This document shows, piece after piece, positions 10,713 through 18,590 of a stretch of DNA of 18,590 bases (position 1 is its first letter; each line of letters starts with the position of its first letter). Position numbers and translations under genes: made by a program. The notes beneath the pieces were generated by a model. It searched no databases and had not been told where the DNA came from. It saw only the letters and a program-made list of their open reading frames with translations. The stretch is from Octopus sinensis (Eukaryota), in NCBI RefSeq assembly GCF_006345805.1, contig NW_021824566.1, positions 1-18,590 of the forward strand, in the 5' to 3' direction.

Positions 10713-11278
10713 CGATCAGACATTCTGTTTGACACTGTAACTACGAGGACAGTTCCCTACCTCATTATTCTATATCACAATAACAGCCACGGGTTCCAGT
10801 CCGTATCTCTCACATTTCGCTCAACTCAAAATCATTTTCATATAATTCCTTTGATGGAATGAAAGAAAAATGCCGCAAATACATTCATTTTACTCAGTGA
10901 ATACATGTATGCAATATGAGTAATGATATATAATTTGTCCCTTATTTTAAACCAAAGTTTCATTTTCCGTGTATGACAGTAAAAAATAGCTATGAATATA
11001 TCATACCCAAATACAACTATAGATTTTGTGATGAAAGAAAGACGATGATGAGCAGGCTGAGAGGTTTAGAGAAACCTTCCGTTAGTAAAATGATTAATTC
11101 TGTAGTAAAATAGTCACGCGTTGATTTGTCTTGTTTATGAACTTTTATCTACCTATATGTATGTATGCATGTATGTATATATGTTATAAGTTATATGTTT
11201 TATAAAAATATATATCATTTGTTATTTATGTTTTGGTTTATGTCTATCACTGTTTGATAGACATAATAGTAGTTTTAT

Positions 11279-11322
11279 CTCTAATTTATATTATATTATA
11301 TTATATTATATTATATATATAT
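11279..11322. repeat. (TATAT)n/(TA)n tract
   Basis: Direct reading. Confidence 0.85.
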
Positions 11323-11624
11323 GAGTTTAAAGGGATATATTATGCTGGTGGTTACCATGTTTCCTCTTAATTCGGTTTCACAGCCGGTTAACCACAACGG
11401 TCCTTTTGTGATACCCGAGTTAACAATTTACTGGTTCCTTCAATTTCACTTCGTAACGGCAGTAAATGAAACTGCACCGACTATGACACCATGTTGTGTA
11501 TCTAACGGTGTGCAGTGGATGCTGGATCCAGGAGAGAATGCATTAAATAATTGTTTAATGAAATTATGGATGTGAAAAATCTCCGTTCTCCTTATCATTA
11601 CTAATACTATATATATATATATTA

Positions 11625-11671
<47 letters not shown>

Positions 11672-11673
11672 AT

Positions 11674-11983
11674 GGGCGTTGTGAGTGTTTATTGAGCGAA
11701 AACACCTAAAAGCTCCACGAGGCTCCGGCAGGGATGGTGGTGATCCCTGCTGTACTCTTTCACCACAACTTTCTCTCACTCTTACTTCCTGTTTCTGTTG
11801 TACCTGTATTTCAAAGGGCCGGCCTTGTCACTCTCTGTGTCACTCTGAATATCCCCGAGAACTACGTTAAGGGTACACGTGTCTGTGGAGTGCTCAGCCA
11901 CTTACACGTTAATTTCACGAGCAGGCTGTTCCGTTGATCGGATCAACCGGAACCCTCGTCGTCGTAACCGACGGAGTGCTTCC
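11674..11983 (+). mobile_element. SINE family B, 5'-truncated (no tRNA head)
   Basis: Collinear with about 10409-10712 (ccctgctgtact, gccttgtcac, ccgagaactacgttaa.ggtacacgtg, gttccgttgatcggatcaa). Flanked by (TA)n on both sides. Confidence 0.92.
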
Positions 11984-12299
11984 ATATATATATATATGCG
12001 CGCGCACGCGTGTGTACATGTGTGTGTGTGTGTGTATGTGTGTGTATACTGTGAAAATAAGGGTAGAAAATTTAGAAAAACATATAAAAAAATTTTCTTT
12101 AGGTTTTAGATTTGGTTTGCAATATTCTTTATGTGAGTTCGTGTGTTGAAGCATATTCTTATTTTTATTTTCATTCTCTTTGAAATTGTTTTTATTCGTG
12201 GTATAGGTTTTGACTGCCCTTTCTAGCATGTAAGATGTCCTGTCAAACGTCACCTCTTTTGTGTATAAATACTTAATGGTTTGCACAGTATTATATATA

Positions 12300-12698
12300 G
12301 AGTGGCTGTGTGGTAAGTAGCTTGCTTAACAGCCACATGGTTCCGGGTTCAGTCCCACTGTGTGGAACCTTGGGCAAGTGTCTTATACTATAGCCTCGGG
12401 CCGACCAAAGCCTTGTGAGTGGATTTGGTAGACGGAAACTGAAAGAAGCCCGTCGTATATATGTATATATATATATATATTGTATATATATATATGTGTG
12501 TATGTGCTCCCCCCAACATCGTTTGGCAACCGATGCTGGTGTGTTTACCTTCCCGTAATTTAGCGGCTAGGCAAAAGAGACAGATAGAATAAGTCCTAGG
12601 CTAACAAAGAATAAATACTAGGGTTGATTTGCTCGACTAAAGGTGGTGCTCCAGCATGGCCGCAGTCAAATGACTGAAACAAGTAAAAGAGTAAGAGT
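12300..12698 (+). mobile_element. SINE family A, full length
   Basis: A box TGGCTGTGTGG (12303-12313), B box GGTTCAGTCCC (12346-12356), internal (TA)/(TG) spacer, 3' end cagtcaaatgactgaaacaagtaaaagagtaagag, then (TA)n. It resembles the tRNA-derived octopus SINEs (OK/OR families); I did not assign the exact family. Confidence 0.93.
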
Positions 12699-12718
12699 GT
12701 ATATATATATATATATAT

Positions 12719-13580
12719 GACTCTGCATCTTTCTTTCTTTCTCTCCCATTCCCTTTTTCGTCTTTTTTCCCTCACTTAACTTGTCTCTTCCTCTCTCTCT
12801 CATTCTTCATTCTCTCTCTCCCTTTCACCATTCTTCATGGTCTCCTCGCACCATTCCCCTTCTTCTCTCTCTTCCTCTTGCTCCTCCTCCCCCATTCCCG
12901 TCGTCCATCTGCGACGATACTTCCGTCGTAACTGCTATCCTGTCTTTTCTCGCCCGCCTTCTAAGGCTACTGGTCGACATTTTTTCTCTCTCGTCGTCCA
13001 CTTTAATCCAGCGTTTGCAATACTTTTTTCGTCTGGCGTTAACAGCCCTTCTTATCTTGTTCTCCTTGTCCTGTCTCTCACTGTTATATATTTATTTTTC
13101 CACTGTTTATATATATATTTTTTACTGTTTATATGTTTGTACTGTCGTTACCGTCTTGCTTTTTTTACCCCTCTGCGAAAAGATCTCAGAATTTTAATTG
13201 ATTTGCTTTTCGCGGGAAGGAAGTTTTCTTCGAAGTATACGTCTCGCTTTTATCCTTCGAAACGTTTAGTAGATGAAACCTTAGCGACTGAAGAAGGGGA
13301 TTTTTCGTTGTGCTTATTGTCCTGTATCTCCTTTTTTTTTTTGCTTGTCTTGTTCCTTGGTTTGTGTCTATGTTTTTCGTCTCTCTATGTGTTCGACGTC
13401 TTTTTGGTGTCCTGTACACATATATGCGTGTATATGTACATGTAGAGGTAGGTACGTACATATATGTTTATATATATGCATATGTTCTATTTTATTAACA
13501 TATTATACGACTAAACGCACGCACCCTATTAAGTAAGATTGTTCTGTTTATCAAGTTAGCCTTGATATTAACTCTCACGC
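12719..13580 (+). mobile_element. Array unit interpreted as a non-autonomous Penelope-like element (PLE) derivative
   Basis: The unit encodes RRYFRRNCYPVFSRPPSKATGRHFFSLVVHF, which resembles the PLE RT/GIY-YIG linker (RxRNIIWFNPPxSKxVxTNIGxxFxxLIDKHF). It also has hammerhead core motifs and a partial-tandem layout. No RT core or GIY-YIG was seen. Confidence 0.5.
13239..13301 (+). ncRNA. Hammerhead-ribozyme-like motif set with permuted strand order; present in all four units
   Basis: GUC at 13241-13243, GAAA at 13259-13262, CUGAAGA at 13288-13294. Stem I is tcgct/agcga (5 bp), stem III is ACGT/ACGT (4 bp), and stem II is atcctt/ggggat (6 bp, two G-U, with an A-C mismatch at the junction). Activity is untested. 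Confidence 0.35.
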
Positions 13581-16134
13581 GACTCTGCATCTTTCTTTCT
13601 TTCTCTCCCATTCCCTTTTTCGTCTTTTTTCCCTCACTTAACTTGTCTCTTCCTCTCTCTCTCATTCTTCATTCTCTCTCTCCCTTTCACCATTCTTCAT
13701 GGTCTCCTCGCACCATTCCCCTTCTTCTCTCTCTTCCTCTTGCTCCTCCTCCCCCATTCCCGTCGTCCATCTGCGACGATACTTCCGTCGTAACTGCTAT
13801 CCTGTCTTTTCTCGCCCGCCTTCTAAGGCTACTGGTCGACATTTTTTCTCTCTCGTCGTCCACTTTAATCCAGCGTTTGCAATACTTTTTTCGTCTGGCG
13901 TTAACAGCCCTTCTTATCTTGTTCTCCCTGTCCTGTCTCTCACTGTTATATATTTATTTTTCCACTGTTTATATATATATTTTTTACTGTTTATATGTTT
14001 GTACTGTCGTTACCGTCTTGCTTTTTTTTTTTACCCCTCTGCGAAAAGATCTCAGAATTTTAATTGATTTGCTTTTCGCGGGAAGGAAGTTTTCTTCGAA
14101 GTATACGTCTCGCTTTTATCCTTCGAAACGTTTAGTAGATGAAACCTTAGCGACTGAAGAAGGGGATTTTTCGTTGTGCTTATTGTCCTGTATCTCCTTT
14201 TTTTTGCTTGTCTTGTTCCTTGGTTTGTGTCTATGTTTTTCGTCTCTCTATGTGTTCGACGTCTTTTTGGTGTCCTGTACACATATATGCGTGTATATGT
14301 ACATGTAGAGGTAGGTACGTACATATATGTTTATATATATGCATATGTTCTATTTTATTAACATATTATACGACTAAACGCACGCACCCTATTAAGTAAG
14401 ATTGTTCTGTTTATCAAGTTAGCCTTGATATTAACTCTCACGCGACTCTGCATCTTTCTTTCTTTCTCTCCTCTCCCCATTCCTTTTTCGTCTTTTTTCC
14501 CTCACTTAACTTGTCTCTTCCTCTCTCTCTCATTCTTCATTCTCTCTCTCCCTTTCACCATTCTTCATGGTCTCCTCGCACCATTCCCCTTCTTCTCTCT
14601 CTTCCTCTTGCTCCTCCTCCCCCATTCCCGTCGTCCATCTGCGACGATACTTCCGTCGTAACTGCTATCCTGTCTTTTCTCGCCCGCCTTCTAAGGCTAC
14701 TGGTCGACATTTTTTCTCTCTCGTCGTCCACTTTAATCCAGCGTTTGCAATACTTTTTTCGTCTGGCGTTAACAGCCCTTCTTATCTTGTTCTCCCTGTC
14801 CTGTCTCTCACTGTTATATATTTATTTTTCCACTGTTTATATATATTTTTTACTGTTTATATGTTTGTACTGTCGTTACCGTCTTGCTTTTTTTACCCCT
14901 CTGCGAAAAGATCTCAGAATTTTAATTGATTTGCTTTTCGCGGGAAGGAAGTTTTCTTCGAAGTATACGTCTCGCTTTTATCCTTCGAAACGTTTAGTAG
15001 ATGAAACCTTAGCGACTGAAGAAGGGGATTTTTCGTTGTGCTTATTGTCCTGTATCTCCTTTTTTTGCTTGTCTTGTTCCTTGGTTTGTGTCTATGTTTT
15101 TCGTCTCTCTATGTGTTCGACGTCTTTTTGGTGTCCTGTACACATATATGCGTGTATATGTACATGTAGAGGTAGGTACGTACATATATGTTTATATATA
15201 TGCATATGTTCTATTTTATTAACATATTATACGACTAAACGCACGCACCCTATTAAGTAAGATTGTTCTGTTTATCAAGTTAGCCTTGATATTAACTCTC
15301 ACGCGACTCTGCATCTTTCTTTCTTTCTCTCCCATTCCCTTTTTCGTCTTTTTTCCCTCACTTAACTTGTCTCTTCCTCTCTCTCTCATTCTTCATTCTC
15401 TCTCTCTCCCTTTCACCATTCTTCATGGTCTCCTCGCACCATTCCCCTTCTTCTCTCTCTTCCTCTTGCTCCTCCTCCCCCATTCCCGTCGTCCATCTGC
15501 GACGATACTTCCGTCGTAACTGCTATCCTGTCTTTTCTCGCCCGCCTTCTAAGGCTACTGGTCGACATTTTTTCTCTCTCGTCGTCCACTTTAATCCAGC
15601 GTTTGCAATACTTTTTTCGTCTGGCGTTAACAGCCCTTCTTATCTTGTTCTCCCTGTCCTGTCTCTCACTGTTATATATTTATTTTTCCACTGTTTATAT
15701 ATATATTTTTTACTGTTTATATGTTTGTACTGTCGTTACCGTCTTGCTTTTTTTACCCCTCTGCGAAAAGATCTCAGAATTTTAATTGATTTGCTTTTCG
15801 CGGGAAGGAAGTTTTCTTCGAAGTATACGTCTCGCTTTTATCCTTCGAAACGTTTAGTAGATGAAACCTTAGCGACTGAAGAAGGGGATTTTTCGTTGTG
15901 CTTATTGTCCTGTATCTCCTTTTTTTGCTTGTCTTGTTCCTTGGTTTGTGTCTATGTTTTTCGTCTCTCTATGTGTTCGACGTCTTTTTGGTGTCCTGTA
16001 CACATATATGCGTGTATATGTACATGTAGAGGTAGGTACGTACATATATGTTTATATATATGCATATGTTCTATTTTATTAACATATATATATATATATA
16101 TATATATATGCATATACATATATATCATAGGCGT

Positions 16135-16407
16135 ACTTCAGTTGTTGGACTGCAGACGTACTGGGTTACCGGCTTGATTTTAATCGTACAAAGACATCCC
16201 GGTATTTATTTTTCTTAAACACGGTGCATATTCTATCTGTTCCTTTTGCCGGACCGCTAAGTTGTGGCGACATAAACAAGTCAGCACCTGTTGTCTAGCA
16301 GTGGGTCGGGAGGCAAACACAAAATACAATAACGCCTATACTCATACAGACATACACACATACGATGGACTTCTTTCAGTTTCTATCTTCAAATATACTC
16401 ACAAGGC
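16135..16407 (-). mobile_element. SINE family A, old diverged copy without tRNA head
   Basis: cttcagttgttggactgc, ttctatctgttccttttgccggaccgctaagtt, ggttgtc-like segment, ggcaaacaca, tacgatggacttctttcagtttc, actcacaaggc. Confidence 0.8.
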
Positions 16408-16504
16408 TGTGTGTGTGTATATGTATGCTGTGTGTGTGTGTGTATGTGTGTGTGTGTTTTTGTGTGTGCACATGCATTTACGTTTGCGTTTGAGCTTATC
16501 TCGT

Positions 16505-16680
16505 TCCACTTGGCAATCGGTATCGTTTATTTATGCCCCTACACTTAGCGGTTAAAAAATTGAGACCGATAAATTCTAAAAACAACGACTAGGTTCGATT
16601 TGATCGACTGAATCCTCATATATTACATTTGTGCTCTAACAAGGTCGAAGTTCAGTGAATGAAACCAGTCAAAGGGATTT
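16505..16680 (+). mobile_element. SINE family A, highly diverged 3' half
   Basis: ttggcaatcggtatcg, acttagcggtt, gagaccgata, ggttcgatttgatcgact, gaatgaaaccagt match the family 3' half in order. Confidence 0.65.
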
Positions 16681-16751
16681 CCAAAAATAAATAAAACAAT
16701 ACAGGAAGATGGCGTAGCAAACAAAAACAAAAAAAAACATATTTTGTAACC

Positions 16752-16970
16752 AAATATTGACTTCAAAGTAGGGCACAAGACCAGCAGTTTTTGAGGAGGA
16801 GTAAGTCGTTGACATCAACACTAGTACTCATATGGTATCTACTTTATCGATCGCAAAGAATGAAGCGCAAAGTCGTCTTCTGTAGCGTTTGAACCTGGAA
16901 CTTCAAGAGGGACGAAAAACCGTTAAGCATTGCTACTCGGCTTGCAAACGATACTGCCAGCATGCCGCCT
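16752..16970 (-). mobile_element. tRNA-derived SINE family C, diverged
   Basis: The minus strand begins ggcggcatgctggcagtatcg (A-box-like) and has GGTTCAAA (B-box-like, 16895-16888). A central cgacttt...ttcattc....cgataaagtagatacc motif follows, then a 3' part ...ctggtcttgtgcc. Confidence 0.75.
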
Positions 16971-17187
16971 TATTTGTGACAGAACATTTTTTAGAAAAGA
17001 AACAACAAAATCTATTATCTATTCCTTGTGAAGAATGTCAACTGTCTCCAACAGTCGTGTCTAATGCCTCCCAGTCAAAAGACATCAATCCGATATTTTA
17101 TTTCTAAATTTATCACAGACAGACAGACAAAAAGGAAGTCACTGTACAAATGAAATTATCTACTATTTGCGTCTTCTAATTTATTAG

Positions 17188-17214
17188 TGTGTGAGTATGT
17201 GTGTGTCTGTGTAT

Positions 17215-17260
<46 letters not shown>
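17188..17260. repeat. (TG)n microsatellite
   Basis: Direct reading. Confidence 0.97.
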
Positions 17261-17261
<1 letters not shown>

Positions 17262-17344
17262 GCCTGTTTAATAGAAGGAATAGAATTCATTCCACGACTT
17301 AAGATATTCACTTCATTCCATTCCTTGTTTTCTTTTCTTTTTGT

Positions 17345-18125
17345 TACTCGTTGTTGTTGTTGTTGTTGTTGCTGTTGGTGTTGTGGGTTTTCTTCTTTTT
17401 CTTCTATATCTTACTCTTCGCTTTCTTCTTATTATTATTCCCCCGACCTCCTCCTCCCCATCATCATCATCATCATCATTGTCAGCATCACCATCGCCTT
17501 CATTATCACTACCACCACCAACAACAACAATAATTTCATCAACACCGTCAACTTCCTCCCCACCATAAAATTATCGTCATCACCATCATGATCAAGGACA
17601 TCGTCGTCATTGGCGCCGTCATCGTTATCATCATCATCACCACCACCACCACCATCACCACAAAATCACCATCAGCGGCGGCAGCAGCAGCAGCATCTTC
17701 ATCACCCCACAACAACTCTCCTTCTTCTTCTTCTTCTTCTTTTCTTCTTCTTCTTCTTCTTCTTCTTCTTCTTCTTCTTCTTCTTCTTCTTCTTCTTCTT
17801 CTTCTTTTCATCTTCCTCCTCCTCCTCCTCTTGCTTCTCCTTCTCTCTCCCTCCCTTCTCCTTCTGTCTCTCCTCCTTCTCCTTCTTCTTCTCCCCTCCT
17901 CCTTCTTCTCCTCCTTCTTCTTCTTCTTCTTCTTCTTCTTCTGGAAATACGCCGAAAAAGCATATTTGCCCGAATCAAAACTAAATGTTGCTAATTTTAG
18001 CATCTAAATCTTTTAAAAAAAGCAAGAGCAAAAAAAAAACAACAACGACAAACACAACAAAACATTCCACACAGTCATCACCATCACTAGCAACAACAAC
18101 GTAAATAAACAACAACAACAAGAAC
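17345..18125. repeat. Compound trinucleotide repeat field (GTT, CAT, CAC, CAA, GCA, CTT, CCT)
   Basis: Direct reading; produces stop-free homopolymeric ORFs on both strands. Confidence 0.95.
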
Positions 18126-18509
18126 AAGTTTGCATTCTGTATAAAAGACACATTCTTGTTTGCTTTTTTACGGGTTTTTTTCTTTGAAAAAAACCCCCAA
18201 AAAACAAAGATTGTGCCGCAGGAAAATTGTCGATTAAAATGGCCGAGCTGACTGCAGACTTGCCACTGGAGCAGCGCTTTCGACGAGGAAGTGTATTCCA
18301 AATGGAATACAAATTATTGCGCTACCAAATATGCCCGAGGCAAAATCCACAGAGTTCATCTTGTGGGCAAAATCTCAGTAGAAATTTCAACGCTTGAGTC
18401 AATTTGATTTGAAAGCCATTCTACTATTTCAAATCAAATTTCAGCATTGATCTTCTTTTGGAGGTAGAAGAATAAATCCACTGCAGAATTTTAACAGTGG
18501 TACAAGTAG

Positions 18510-18514
18510 CAGAT

Positions 18515-18590
<76 letters not shown>
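18510..18590. repeat. (GATA)n microsatellite running off the window end
   Basis: Direct reading. Confidence 0.98.

Larger units (their letters stand above)
12719..16087 (+). repeat. Tandem array of about 3.9 copies of a ~862-bp unit
   Basis: The unit start gactctgcatc occurs at 12719, 13581, 14444 and 15305 (periods 862, 863, 861). The last copy stops at 16087, about 78 bp short. Differences I found are homopolymer or microsatellite indels plus one substitution (T at 13066, C in the other copies). Confidence 0.98.

Noticed and set aside
11321-11575. 84-aa ORF in unique sequence
   Set aside because: No recognisable motif in any of the frames I translated; IVNSGITKG on the minus strand is too weak to call LINE RT.
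13549-13580. Helitron 3' end (hairpin plus CTRR) as explanation of the tandem array
   Set aside because: The hairpin is AT-rich and is not followed by CTRR at the usual distance, and the array ends are not TC...CTRR in an AT target.
12781-16177. ORFs of 120-250 aa in the tandem array as real genes
   Set aside because: Their lengths and frames change between copies with homopolymer indels, and they are low-complexity (S/L/F-rich). Only a short PLE-like fragment is recognisable.
17187-18007. Poly-L, poly-R, poly-F and poly-H ORFs as a low-complexity protein
   Set aside because: Trinucleotide repeats give stop-free frames on both strands at once; there is no unique coding sequence or splice support.
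1-18590. CRISPR array, rRNA or prokaryotic operon
   Set aside because: No repeat-spacer structure, no rRNA-like sequence and no gene-dense region; the composition is that of animal intronic or intergenic DNA.

Overview
AT-rich, microsatellite-saturated animal non-coding DNA. The SINE families and simple-repeat density suggest an octopus or other coleoid cephalopod; this is an inference, not a search result. I find no supportable intact protein-coding gene, and nearly all listed ORFs are simple-repeat artefacts. Contents: about 10 copies or fragments of three tRNA-derived SINE families, a decayed mariner transposase (about 5119-6080, +), a probable decayed piggyBac C-terminus (about 8200-8790, -), a 189-bp fold-back palindrome (3950-4138), and an inverted pair of headless SINEs (8895-9329). 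The most striking feature is a near-identical 3.9-copy tandem array of a ~862-bp unit (12719-16087) bounded by (TA)n. Each unit carries a Penelope-like ORF fragment and all three conserved hammerhead-ribozyme core strands (GUC, GAAA, CUGAAGA) with pairable stems, but in a non-canonical order. This makes it a candidate retrozyme-like non-autonomous Penelope derivative. Ribozyme activity is unproven.
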